Position numbers and translations under genes: made by a program. The notes beneath the pieces were generated by a model. It was not told the DNA's origin, searched no databases, and saw only the letters and a program-made list of their open reading frames with translations. DNA of 64,000 nucleotides from Eledone cirrhosa (taxonomy: Eukaryota): positions 19,468,001 through 19,532,000 of the forward strand of contig OZ024747.1 in the NCBI GenBank assembly GCA_964016885.1, in the 5' to 3' direction. Below, piece by piece: positions 32,969 to 48,409 of this stretch. The stretch's first letter is position 1. Each line of letters begins with the position of its first letter.

Positions 32969-33102
32969 TATCAGCACGAAATACTCTAGAGTTGGCATTG
33001 TCACATACATAATTTCTCACGTGTCGCTAACATTTATCAGCACGAAATACTCTAGAGTTGGCATTGTCAGATACATAATTTCTCACGTGTCGCTAACATT
33101 TA
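32969..33102. repeat. 66-bp tandem duplication
   Basis: tatcagcacgaaatactctagagttggcattgtca...gctaacatt at 32969 and 33035, one mismatch. Confidence 0.95.
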
Positions 33103-34743
33103 TTTTCAGTTCGTGTATGGAGATAAAGCTCAATTTCTACAACTGCACCCCCGGTCATGCCTGTAGATATATTATATAGTTGCAAGTACTGAGTAATCCC
33201 AAATCATAAGATCAATTGTTTAGTTATAGTGCATAGGTTGTGGTGCTTTATATTGTTTTCTTGTTTTATTATTTTGCTAGAGTTACCATTATTAGTATAC
33301 ATAAATGTGGACTGTGCCAGTATTTAAGCTTACTCGCTCAAACACAACAAACATAGCAAGTGTTAAAGGGAGTAGTAATTTGAGGAAAACGTAAGAAAAG
33401 AAATTGGGTAAAAAATACAACAATTGATTATATATTATAATTTCGAATTTATTTCATACCTGCGTAGATATAGTAGTAAATCGAGGCTAAACAATTTTGA
33501 ATTATATGTGCTTATTAACTTTAGTTTCAGGTGTATTAATAGGAACACGTAAGTTACTTCAAGTTCGCAAGAAGGAATATTAAAATAGCTATGTTATATA
33601 TGTGACAGGGGTTATAACAAATAACTGAAAAGACCAATCTAATTTGCATAACGAGCATAACTTGGTGACATAATTAATTAAATGATAAATATATATGCGT
33701 ATATTCGAAATGATTTAGTTTCATATACCTCTCTTCTTCTGCATCTTATCACAATGGCTCTAAAAAGAGTTATGACTACTACCGTTCACCCTCTGATTAA
33801 AACATAAAAGTCTTTTCCTGAAGCACAACAAATATTTTATAAACTCTGTATGAGCTTTCTTTTGTTTTAACAAGTGAAACATACATGCTACTTCTGTTTG
33901 ACAATGTTGGATTAGGAATACAACTAATACAGGCATATTTAAAGTAGATATCTATACATTTATTTCTTGCATTGACATCATATTTTCATTTTTGAAATTT
34001 ATTTCAGTGTGCTTTTTTCTTCTGACCACCTTTATATATTAATAATTATTTGGATGGTGTTGTCCACTTTAATAATAGTACTTAATTTAGCATCACACTT
34101 AATATTTTGCTTTTAAAAATTGGCCTTTTTATATTAGAGGATTAATATTGTTTTGGTTCTAGTCTCTTATTAACTCACAAAAAATTATTTCAGTATCGTA
34201 CATAGTGCTCAAGAACAGAACAATATTATATTTACTAATACCAAAAACATAATTTACTGCCATTCTTGATTGCTTTTGCTAATTCCCCTTCTCAGTAAGG
34301 TAGTTTTTACTTATCCTATAAGAGTGCTTTTATTTATTCCTTTATATATTTCCTTCACATCCATGCGTTATTTCCACTGGCTCCCATGAAAGCATTTAAT
34401 TTTCATTGCCACCAGTAAATCTTCCACTGTGATGTTTATTGTTTATATCGATCGTTTGAATACAGAATTCTGGTAAAAGAAGCAATAATTTCCTTCAAAT
34501 CATCCACCATAATTTAGTTTCTTTTTTTCGTCTCAACATTTATATATTCTGTTATTTAAAAAAAATATTTAATTGGATATACAATTAGTTAGAATCTTAA
34601 TATTTCTTTCGTTTACTATTTCCTTCGTGTTATGGTACTGAGTAGTTTTTGGTGTTCAGGAATCAATAGACTTGTGTTGGTAACAAATTATTTCAGCTGA
34701 GAAATTTTGTAATCGCAAGAATTGTGTATAATGAACTGATTTC

Positions 34744-34905
34744 TCGGACGTCATGCTTTCCAGCATAGTTACGTCCCTTTACGATCTGAGTTCAAATCCC
34801 GCCGAGGTTGACTTTGCCTTTCATCCTTACGGGGTCGATAAAATAAAGTACCAGTAATGCACTGGTTAAATTGCTGGCCTTGTGCCTAAAGTAGAAACAA
34901 TTATT
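34744..34905 (+). mobile_element. SINE family A, 5'-truncated
   Basis: Match to the other copies. Confidence 0.88.
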
Positions 34906-35625
34906 ACTAGTGGAACCGTGCCATCAATAATGACAGCAAAAGTGTTGAACGTATTTAAATTTTGAAGTCCCGCATTGGTATGCCGCATATACTCTGATTA
35001 ACGGCTACATGACCAAACATACAAACTGGGGAATTCGCGGTTTGATTTATTTATAGTCTGCATAAGAGAAACACTATAGTTCTTGATGATTACTGACACA
35101 TGGAAATGATTAAATAAGAAACCGTTAATTTTAGGAACATGATTGAAATAGGAAATGTAATCAATATTATAGGGGATGTTTTGCATATTATGGTTTTAAT
35201 TTTCGTTACGAAATTTGACTCGAAACTGCAGATCATGTTAATATATTGTGATACGACCTGAGTGTCTAAATACCTAAACACTAAATAGTGGGACACGTCA
35301 TATCTCAATAATATTATGTATACAAACAGAATTCATTGGAACTCAATGTGTGTACCCTGTGTAAGGAATAACGAGGCAATATCATCTGGAATAAACCGAG
35401 AGAAAACTAAATATTTATATCTTCCTGGCTGAACAAAGGTGTCAACAGAGACAGTCATACATGTAATGGTTTGGTCTGTTCATTTATCTCGCTGGACATT
35501 GTAGTTGTTTTAGGAAACCTATGTGCTGCAGTAAAAATGCTTCGCGAGTCTCTAATAACTTTTAAAGTAGTTAGAATGAGAATGCTTTTGATAGAACACT
35601 GTGAGTAAATTATGATGCTCTAATA

Positions 35626-37766
<2,141 letters not shown>

Positions 37767-39761
37767 CTCTAATATTTAGTTCGTTATGTATATACTTAGT
37801 TTTATCAATTTCCAGCCACATGGCTAAGCCGTAACACGGACTGTGTGGCAGAGAATCGTGGAGTAAAGTGTTGAATAGAAAGTTGTTGAAAATGAATTAA
37901 ATGAATGTTATGGAAAGGATATCAATCCGCAAAAATAGCACAGAAGAGGCAAGTGAAAACACGTGGTCATTGTGTACTCAAGACCTGTCAACACTTAGTT
38001 AGAAAGTGTGAATGATTTGACAAAATAACTAAAGTGAAATAAAATAGGGGGCATGTATGCATAGAAAGGACAAATCAACGAATAATTGCTAAGCGTAAAT
38101 ATGTCAGAAGGAAGAACACCTTTACTTAGATACGCCGACACATGGTAGATCAAGGTAATCGACATCGAAGTATTGTAGACACAAAACCAAGACTGCATGT
38201 ACTAAATACTCCTAAAATTTTAGTAAGACATGTACACAATTGTAGACTATCTATACACCCACAACGAAACACATAAACTATCTGACACAATATATACAAA
38301 CACTCATTCACACATATAAACATACATATATGCATATATATAAACGTGCGACGGCATATTTGTCTATGTATGTGTAGGCATATAAGTTGTGTCTTTTGAT
38401 GTATGGAGCTCAATGATTAAGATAAATGAGATATATATCATAGAACAATATGAACTAAAGAAACGTATAGACTATTTAATAATATTAGCTTAAACATATT
38501 AGCACAACCTAACATGGTAGAAAATGAACAGATTTTGTTCGCCATTCTAAAATACATCCCTATAGTTGTATGACTAATAATTTCATATAATATATATAAT
38601 GTATTTAGTTCAAACGATGCTAATGACTAATGTTTTAGATGCTGTAAGTTCAACTGGCTATTACTGATGAAACCCATCGGAATACATTTGTATATAATAA
38701 TTGCATATAAAGATGTCAGCTGTCACGATCTGATCAATCGGGAAAATGTATCAATATTACCCAGGATATAAGGTTAAGCTATGTCTTCTAAAGAAAAGTG
38801 TTATAAAATGACCTATTAATATTTAATATACTCAGAACTACACGGTACTATATGTTAACCATGCAACACAGACTGTACACATGGGGCATATATTGTGGTC
38901 TAAAGATATTAAAAACGACTTATCAAAATATAGCATTATAGTTATATCGTAATTGATTAAATTAAGTTCTGCAACGTTCTTTACGCCGGTCTTAATATGA
39001 AATTGAAAATACTTAAGGCCTGAGAGATGTTTTCACGTTTATCTATCATATTGAATTTACAATTCTTCAGAATTAAGTTATTCCTTTTTAGAAGCTTTGC
39101 AAAATGAATTATAAAATGTAAATGAAATCAAAATATAAATATATTTACAAGAGTATACATATGAAAATTAAAATATAACGAATTCCTAGAATATTGTGTA
39201 AATGTATTATATTCATAATATTAGTGATTCTATCTTTCAGTAGTCTAAACTCTATTTAATATGCGTGTTTTATTTATCGTAATAACCTTGATATTTTTGT
39301 ATTCACTTTTTTTCGAATTTTATATTATAAATCTGATTAATTATTGTACGTTTTAAATAAAAAAAATATTATGAAATACAAATATGAAGGTATCTTGACT
39401 GTTACAATGAAATAGATGTTGATGCTATATAGCTACATGATATTGTGAAGAATAGATCAAATTTTAATCTAGACTGGAAAACAACATCCGTTCCGATTAC
39501 AAATGCGTCACCAAGACGGTGAGAACAAAAGTAAATACATTAAGTACGCTAATAATAGTACCTATAATTCAAAGAATGTATTATAGTGTATTTAATTTCC
39601 TTACAAATGATTACAGTAAGTTAGAAAATAATGTTTCAGCGACCAAAAACTACATTCATCACATTTCAAGACCTAACCTCTCTGCGTATATATGTATATG
39701 AAATTTATTATTATTACTATTTGGCTCCCTCGGTTGAGGACTCTACTGACTTATATTCATC

Positions 39762-41891
39762 ATGCAGAAACAACTTCTGAATATTTCTACAAAGAACATA
39801 GCCGTACCTAGCACGGAAACATACCTAAAACTCCTGATACAGAAAACAGACGCGTTCATTAAAAGGTTGCGTTGGCGTGCCTTTTATTTCGATAACCCGC
39901 GAAAAGCAGACAACAAACAGGATAAATTTGGATTTAAAACCTATAACAACCCCCCGTGTAACCCAGCATTGCTGCCCTTCGAAAATGATGTCTTGGAACT
40001 CATTCGGAGTATCAAATTTCGGAATAGGAGCAATTCCTTCCAGCAAGACCTGAAGAATAGAATTCGTTCTATTAAGGATTCTAATGCCGTGCACGTCCAT
40101 TCCGACAAAACTGGCAACCTATATCAAGTGGAGAGCAGTACTTACCATCAACTACTACATAATGCTGTAACTAAGGATTACCGTAAAACTAATCGGTGCG
40201 TCATCAATGAAATCAACGATGCTGAGTTTAAAATCACATCTGATCTCAACATCCTGGACCGGACCGAACCTCTGGACCCTATTTCTCCCCACTTTACCCT
40301 GAAGGATCACAAATCCAATTTTCCGAACAACCCCTCTATTCGGCTTATTAACCCTACGAAGTCCGATTTAGGTAGACTTGGTAAAACGATTCTTGATATA
40401 ATTATACCAGAAATTAGAAGTTTGGCCCCTCTTGCACTGTGGAACAATTCTTTCGCGGTGATTGATTGGTTCAATGGCATATGTAACAAGGAACATTGCC
40501 GTTTTATCCAATTCGACATCAACAATTACTACACCTCCATCACTTTACCACTTCTCCTTAGAGCTATCAATTTCGCTAAAACACTCACAGTGGTTAAGGA
40601 TTTCGAAGTTGATGTCTTCCTCAATGCCCGAAAGTCGGTGATTAATTTCGACGACTCTATTTGGATTAAAAAATCCAATTGTACCCCATTCGACGTGAGT
40701 ATGGACGCCAGTGATTCTGCGGAGGTTACTGATCTTATCGGCCTTTTCCTTCTTTTCTCTATCAAGGACGAATTCCCCAATGCGGGCGGTGGTTTGTACC
40801 GTGACGATGGTCTTTTGACCATGACTAAGTGCGGGCCTCGTGCTTGCGACAGGTTCAGAAAAGAACTCACAGCCTTCTTTAAAGGCTTCAACCTCTCTAT
40901 ACAGGTTGAGGCCAATCTCTCGGTCGTTAATTACCTTGACGTTACCCTCAATTTATTGAATGGGTTGTATTACCCGTATAGAAAGCCGAATGATACGCTT
41001 AATTACATAAGTAAGCATTCCAACCATCCTGCCAGCATAACCAAGAACCTGGTAAGAAACGTTTCGTTGAGATTTTCCCGTCTTTCCACCAACGAGCGTA
41101 TTTTCAACGACCACTCCACTTATTACAATGAAGCTCTTGCTCGAAGTGGATTTGTCGATAAGGTAGCATATACAGAGTACGAAAATAGACCTAGAAGAAA
41201 TAGATCCCGTCGCATTTGTTGGTATAACCCACCATACAATATGGAGGTGGCCACACCTTTATCTAAGATCTTTCTTTCCCTTATTACGAAGCATTTTCCC
41301 CCTACACATAAACATAGTAAAATTTTTAATAGAAATTCTATTAAAATTTCTTACTCTACGACTCCTAACCTTGCACATAACATCACAGCTTCAAATTTAG
41401 CTAAACTACCTAGCCGTAGGAACACGTGCAACCCTGTAGTTAGTACTAACTGTAATTGTAGGAATCGGGTTGATGGCCCCCTATCCGGGAAACGCCTCTC
41501 TAGTAACATTATCTACAAATGTAAAGTTGTAACACCCACGTCCCGTAGGGCCTACATAGGGTTAACCGCCAATAGATTCAAGCAGCGTCTTTACACGCAT
41601 ACCCATTCTTTTCGTTACCCTCTAAGAAGGAATATGACGTCACTTTCAGCTTATATCTGGAGTCTAAAAGACAACCACACCCAATATAAGTTACACCGGG
41701 AGATCCTAGCTAGGGCTAGATCGTATAACGGAAATAAAAGACCATGTGACCTCTGCGCCGCTGAGGCCTTGGAAATACTCTACTCCACAGACCACATCTT
41801 AAACAAAACATCTGAGGCAATTTCGGCTTGTAAACATAAATTGCACAAAACTTTCCTGTATTACAGCCCCACGTTATACCCTAACGGATAA
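39762..41891 (+). CDS. PLE reverse transcriptase + GIY-YIG endonuclease, 709 aa (resembles the Naiad clade; clade not verified)
   Basis: RT motifs SDKTGN, IRLINP, QFDINNYY, YRDDGL, YLDVT, YRKP, SNHP; linker CNCR; IIYKC...YIGLT...FKQR; C-terminal CDLC and CKH. Confidence 0.93.
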   Translation: MQKQLLNISTKNIAVPSTETYLKLLIQKTDAFIKRLRWRAFYFDNPRKADNKQDKFGFKTYNNPPCNPALLPFENDVLELIRSIKFRNRSNSFQQDLKNRIRSIKDSNAVHVHSDKTGNLYQVESSTYHQLLHNAVTKDYRKTNRCVINEINDAEFKITSDLNILDRTEPLDPISPHFTLKDHKSNFPNNPSIRLINPTKSDLGRLGKTILDIIIPEIRSLAPLALWNNSFAVIDWFNGICNKEHCRFIQFDINNYYTSITLPLLLRAINFAKTLTVVKDFEVDVFLNARKSVINFDDSIWIKKSNCTPFDVSMDASDSAEVTDLIGLFLLFSIKDEFPNAGGGLYRDDGLLTMTKCGPRACDRFRKELTAFFKGFNLSIQVEANLSVVNYLDVTLNLLNGLYYPYRKPNDTLNYISKHSNHPASITKNLVRNVSLRFSRLSTNERIFNDHSTYYNEALARSGFVDKVAYTEYENRPRRNRSRRICWYNPPYNMEVATPLSKIFLSLITKHFPPTHKHSKIFNRNSIKISYSTTPNLAHNITASNLAKLPSRRNTCNPVVSTNCNCRNRVDGPLSGKRLSSNIIYKCKVVTPTSRRAYIGLTANRFKQRLYTHTHSFRYPLRRNMTSLSAYIWSLKDNHTQYKLHREILARARSYNGNKRPCDLCAAEALEILYSTDHILNKTSEAISACKHKLHKTFLYYSPTLYPNG

Positions 41892-42069
41892 TACGATCTA
41901 TACGTGGATATTTTACGTCTTGATGTGGGAGCTAAGTATATGTTTTGTTTATACCATTACTTATTTGCATAGCGAACGTTTCCACGGACCAAAGTATCGT
42001 CTTCCTGTCTTCCTCCGGCTGCAACGTTTTTTTAAATATCCACTTCTGCGTTTACAGATTGACTTTGTT

Positions 42070-42120
42070 AGTTTCAGAAGATCCCGCTAAGGGTGAAAGC
42101 AGCAATTCTTGGCTTAAACT
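42070..42120 (+). ncRNA. Type I hammerhead-like motif with CAGAAGA (U4A) core
   Basis: Stem I agttt/aaact, stem II ccc/ggg, GAAAGC...GCU stem III, triplet CUU; same core at 57633-57683 (+) and 63587-63637 (-). Confidence 0.7.
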
Positions 42121-42227
42121 TTAATCTGTTATTTTAATAAATATTTGCCCTACGGTTCTTATATATTTGATATATATTTATCCTTATCGAACCCTCTTTG
42201 GATTTTAGTCTTGAAATTTATTATTAT

Positions 42228-42273
<46 letters not shown>

Positions 42274-42661
42274 TATATATATATAAAATCGATATTTTAT
42301 ATATATATATAAAGGTAAAGCTTTTTATATATATATATATAAAGGTAAAGCTTTATATATATATATATACATGGTGGGATATATGTTACCAGTAGCACCA
42401 ACTGGTGACCATACACACATACATACATACATACATACATACATACATACATACATACATACATACATACATACATTATTTCTGAAAACAGCATATATAT
42501 GTGTAGGTATGTATATTCCCTCTGATAATTTGTAAATTTTTTACATAGATCTATATGATATACATACCAACACACACCTATAAATCCTAGAAACGATCGT
42601 AAAATGATGAATTTTTTAATATACGGAACTGTTTCTTTGTTTTTATTCATTGTTTTTATTA

Positions 42662-42746
<85 letters not shown>

Positions 42747-43934
42747 TAATCATAAGGAACAAGGATTCAGTGTTGCTTCATATATGTGTGTGTGTGTATG
42801 TGTGAGCATGTGTGTGTATGTGTATATAGGCCTATATACATATAGGCATATATACATATCGTTTTGAATCTGTGTGTCTTCTCTTTGCATACATACATTA
42901 TTTTATTAGAGGAGATTATCATTTTTATTTGACATTTTATTATTTCATTTCCTTCACTATTAAATGCCGAACTATTTCAATAACATTAGTTTGCTGTTGC
43001 AGTTCCTTTAAGATGTTATTCAATCTAAGAGGGAATTTAATGTTCAGATTCAACATTTGAAGAATGTCATCTTGACCTTTTAATTTATTTCGAAATCTTT
43101 ACATTGAAATGTTATTTCTTTCACCTGCAATTAAATTCAGTTTCCAAAGTGAAACATAAAATTGGAACTAAATTTATAATTGAACAGCGAGCTAAAATAT
43201 CGTGAGTATATTATCGAGAAAATAATCCTCTACAAACGCGCATGCGCGAGCACACGCACACCCAAACATGCGTGTAGATGCAGACATTCACGCAAAACAA
43301 ATATTCTTTTTGTGCATAGAATTATTTCAAAGACCGGAGCAAAGATGTAATAAAAGGTCTTGGATTTACAATCTCAAACCAACTCCTTTATCATACACTA
43401 AATATTACTTAGATAATAAATAACTCAGGGATTCACTCCATCTGATAAACAATAGTTTCGTTAATAGGAGATAATTATTAGATGTGGTTAAAACAATATG
43501 GTTTAATGGCTAACATTATTTCCATTTTTATCAAGAAATGGGTAGCATCAAATGTCGTATTTTTGTCTTAATTTGGTCAAAACAATTAGGCAGTATCTTC
43601 CGGATGAATGTAAACAATGCAAATAATTTCATGAAATTTCCACATTTCACCTCATTTTGATCAGTTAGACTTTTTAATGTGACGTGTATTAACTATGTTC
43701 CATAATATTGGATACTTCGGCCATTTTAACGCTAAACAGCAGGTGCATATTCGAAAAGATATAAAGAACACTAATCATGTTGAATGTAATTCTGTGAGTA
43801 ACTTAATTCTAGATAACAAAGTAAAATATTTGTCAAACATAGGAAAGAGATAGCACAGAAAACTGATTGGAAGCACTCGCCTGGATACACATGCAAATAG
43901 AAAATACCTTGAAAGAGATTCCATATATTTCACA

Positions 43935-44012
43935 GTTGGTGCTACTGGTAACATGTATCCCAGTACAAACTGTCCCATGGTCGGGTCGTTGGCGACTAAA
44001 CTGGCAACCCCA

Positions 44013-44015
<3 letters not shown>
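43935..44015 (+). mobile_element. Family B 5' fragment (another at 42372-42412, minus)
   Basis: gtgctactggtaacatgtatcccagtacaa...ggcgactaaactggcaacc matches 15639-15708. Confidence 0.7.
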
Positions 44016-44057
<42 letters not shown>

Positions 44058-44388
44058 GTGAAAAACCACACCTGCAACCACTGCTACTGCTACTTTATGA
44101 CTACACCTCTCTCTCTATACACAAGAGTTCATTTTCCAGTCTCCTTCTCAACAACGAAGATGAAAAAACTTACATCAACACTTAATTATAAATCTTTAAT
44201 TTTCAGAATTTAATTCTTATTAATTCTCTTTAATTGTAATACTCAGCATTTAATAAGATAAATTTTTCTAATACATCGAAACCGGTTGTTCTTTATATAC
44301 TTTATACACATAAAACTCGTTTTTTAAAGAATTGTCCCTCTCAAAAAACAGACCCTTAAATATATTTTCTGTGCTATTTCCAATCTCA

Positions 44389-44448
<60 letters not shown>

Positions 44449-44477
44449 ATATATATTTGTAAATATATAGACTATAT

Positions 44478-44543
<66 letters not shown>

Positions 44544-44554
44544 AAATATATAGA

Positions 44555-44596
<42 letters not shown>

Positions 44597-44652
44597 AAAT
44601 ATATAGAGTATATATATATAATTCTGGACCTTCTTAGATTATGTATTTTGAA

Positions 44653-44818
44653 AATTGTTTCTACATTTGGCACAAGGCCAGCAATTACCCAGTGCATCAC
44701 TGGTACTTTATTTTATCGACCCCGGCAAAGTTAACCTCGACGGGATTTGTACTCAGACCGTAAAGGGACATAACTATGCTGGAAAGCATGGCGTCCGACC
44801 CTCTACCGATACTGCCAA
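44653..44818 (-). mobile_element. SINE family A with a small internal deletion
   Basis: Match to the other copies. Confidence 0.88.
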
Positions 44819-45013
44819 TCTTTTTAAAAAATAATGTTTTCACTTGGAGTAGTCACAGAGGCGCCATTTCATAAGGAAATATAGAAATGAGCTATCGCGA
44901 TATTTTAACATCCATGCTTTTCTATAGAGCATTATCACACACACACACACCCACACACACACCCACACACACACACACCCACACATACACCCCCCCACAC
45001 ACACTTTCACTCT

Positions 45014-45047
<34 letters not shown>

Positions 45048-45160
45048 ATATATATATATACATATGTATGTATGTAAAAGGTAAATAGAAATAACAACAC
45101 AACCAGTAGAGTATATGGAAGTAATATATTAGGTTAACGCTTGATATAGTAGGAAGAGGG

Positions 45161-45196
45161 TCTTAACGTTTCGGACGCTAGTCCTTCATCAGAAGA
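45161..45196 (-). ncRNA. Minimal type I hammerhead ribozyme in a solo PLE-type terminal repeat (~45072-45415)
   Basis: Minus strand tctt-CUGAUGA-a-ggac-tagc-gtcc-GAAACGUU-aaga. Confidence 0.8.
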
Positions 45197-45414
45197 AAGA
45201 ATAAGAAATAAGGACGGGCGGGTTGAAATTGGAAAACATGTCTTTAGATAAAAATAACGGTGTGTGTGTGCGTGTTAGTTAAGTGTGTAACTACAATTAC
45301 AGGCGGTGCGGCGTTCGGAGCCCTCGATGGACTTACCAGGTACGTCTTGTGTTGGGATATATTCCAGAGTTAATGCGGCTGTGATGCGCTAGTGTAATTA
45401 AAGTAAGTATATAC

Positions 45415-45495
<81 letters not shown>

Positions 45496-46114
45496 TATAT
45501 ATGTATATATATATACATACACACACATATATATGAAATGTGGGATATTTAGGAAGTCGTTATAATGCAACTAGCAGACCTATTTTTGTTAGGCTCTGGT
45601 AATTATATTTCATTGACAAAAGTTTAAATCTTTTAGACGTTAATTTCTTTTGTCTGAATTCAGACTCGAGTTTCTTGTTTAATTATTTCTAGTCTTAAAA
45701 TTATTAGGTATAAGTCTCTCTTTTTGTCAAAAGACACCTGTAATTTTTCTGATCATTCCTGGGTGTGACATTGTTTTACATGCATCATCGCAATAGAGCG
45801 GTTTTCTAATCCTTTTCATAAACTAGTGTTTCAAATGCAATCCCGCCTTAATGTGAGCGAAATTGTAAACAAAAATGTGGCTCATGAAGGTGGAATGTAG
45901 TTGGCCGTTCGCCTTATATATTATATATTCACCCTGTAACTGGATTTATACCCGACTCTACCTTAACTTCTACTTGGATATTTTTTCGGATCAATGGATA
46001 TTTCATTGCTTTTTTCCCTACACCAATACCCATGACTCACTACCACTTTTTCTTCACTATTCTCTTCTGAATACTCCTCATCGTTCTATTTCTCTCTTCG
46101 GCTCCTCTTCTCGT

Positions 46115-46220
46115 TTCCTCCCCCATTTTACCCTATTTCTCCCCCATTTTACCCTATTTTACCCTATTCCACGCCCGTTTTACCCTATTCCTCCCCCATT
46201 TAACTCTATTCCTCCCCCAT
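46115..46220. repeat. Pyrimidine-rich ~22-bp minisatellite
   Basis: Imperfect ttcctcccccattttaccctat units. Confidence 0.8.
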
Positions 46221-47267
46221 CTTACTCTACTCTCTATCCGTGTTTCAAAGATTTTTCTTCGCTAGTGCTTCTGCTCCCTCTCCTCCATCTTTTGAATTTT
46301 TCTGTAATTTCACTTTCCATTTAACGTCAAGAATCTTTACCTTTCATATCAACCGTAAAACTAATATATTTCTTCATTGTACTGTGTCGTTTGCTTTAAT
46401 ATTTCAGAATATATTTTGCACACACACTCTCTTTCATACACACACTCACACATACACACCAACACACACACACACACACGCTCATACACACAGCAATACA
46501 CACAAACACACACACACGCATACGACACAAACACACACACATATATATGTATATATGTGTGTGTGTATGTGTGTGTGTACATAACATAGACATTAATATA
46601 AATATGTATATATATATATAAATAATATACATTAATATAGATAATTTCATATTCATTTAAACGCTACACACACACACATGCACACACACACACACTACGC
46701 ACACACACATTACACACACACACTACACACATATATATATATATACATATAAACACACACAGATATATATGTATGTATACATGCATGTATGATTGTATGT
46801 ATGTATGTATGTATGTATGTGTGCATGTATGTATGTTTATCAGATACGCGTTAATCATATATAAATTTTGCTTAGGTGATAATGGAGGAAACGAAATGAG
46901 ATGCTCATGTTTTAGAAATCGCAGTGTTGCATATACAACGTAGGGAAAATGTAGTGGAACTCATCATTTTTTAGGTGTTAATGGATGGAGTTATACATAT
47001 ATTAATGTTCATAGTTTTATATACGTTAATGGATATATTGTTGGCAGCTGACAAGGCATTCTGTATCACCAATGTTGTAGCTGCAACACTATCAGTTGTA
47101 ACTTCGGTGCTTGGCAGGTGGTTAGTTTAAAACTAAATGTATTAATAAATGTATCAGTGCTAGTTTGGGGCGGGGGTTGGGTCGTTTGAGTGGAATGATA
47201 CTGTTGTGTGTTTTGAATTTTCATGTATGTCAATGCATAATATGTTTGCATGTACATTTATATATAT

Positions 47268-47318
<51 letters not shown>

Positions 47319-47348
47319 TAAAATACAAATATATACATATATATATAC

Positions 47349-47384
<36 letters not shown>

Positions 47385-47490
47385 GAAGGAAGGTAACGAT
47401 CGACTTTCGTCAAATCGGACCGAAGGAACAATTTTTCCGTTGCTCTATCCAATTGCTAATACTATCTATCGGTCGCAACTCCAGGTAGAA

Positions 47491-47711
<221 letters not shown>

Positions 47712-47768
47712 CCCTTTATTTCCGTCCCACCTAGTTTATTTCTATTATTATTTATTTTTTTATTCTAC

Positions 47769-47829
<61 letters not shown>

Positions 47830-48210
47830 TAAATTTATTTATCTATTCTTTTATTCACTTATTTGTTTATTTATTTATTTATGTATTTCTTTAGCCTAGC
47901 AATAGCGAGAGACTTAAGTCTTAGTAACCAGATTTCGCTTATTTTTTTTTTTCTCTCTCAGTACCTTTTATAGTTTTACCTTTCATTGTTCTACTTACCG
48001 TTTCGACCTCCCCCAGTATCCTCTTTGACCTCACACCCAGCTGTAGCTGGCACTACCAACGCATGAATGGGTCTACTCCACCCCCTCTCCCTTTTTCTCC
48101 TACCGGCAGGTTTAGCTACCCCTTCCCCCACCAACTTGCCATCACAGATTTACTACTAACTTGTGATGTGACCAATCCTGGTGATTATCTCTTTGACCAT
48201 ATATGGAATT

Positions 48211-48304
48211 ACCCCTTGATAAGTTCGGCTATTTAAATACCAGAATAAATTTTCATTCAGTACAGAATTAGCCGTCGAAACGGCTTGAGCTCAGCCGTCG
48301 GGGT
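48211..48304 (+). ncRNA. Complete type I hammerhead with U3-A8 core (family C)
   Basis: Stem I acccc/ggggt, UUGAUAA, stem II cggcta/tagccg with a long loop, GAA, 6-bp stem III ACGGCU/AGCCGU, triplet GUC (C48299). Confidence 0.8.
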
Positions 48305-48326
48305 CTTACTTGTTCCTATATATATA

Positions 48327-48409
<83 letters not shown>

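Larger units (their letters stand above)
39700..42233 (+). mobile_element. Penelope-like retroelement, near full length, with 3' terminal repeat and a 21-bp 5' direct overlap
   Basis: gaaatttattattattactat at 39700-39720 and 42213-42233; ends in (TA)n; HHR-like motif at 42070-42120. Confidence 0.9.

Noticed and set aside
38664-38673. CTGATGAAAC as a hammerhead core
   Set aside because: No stem II between CUGAUGA and GAAA and no flanking helices.
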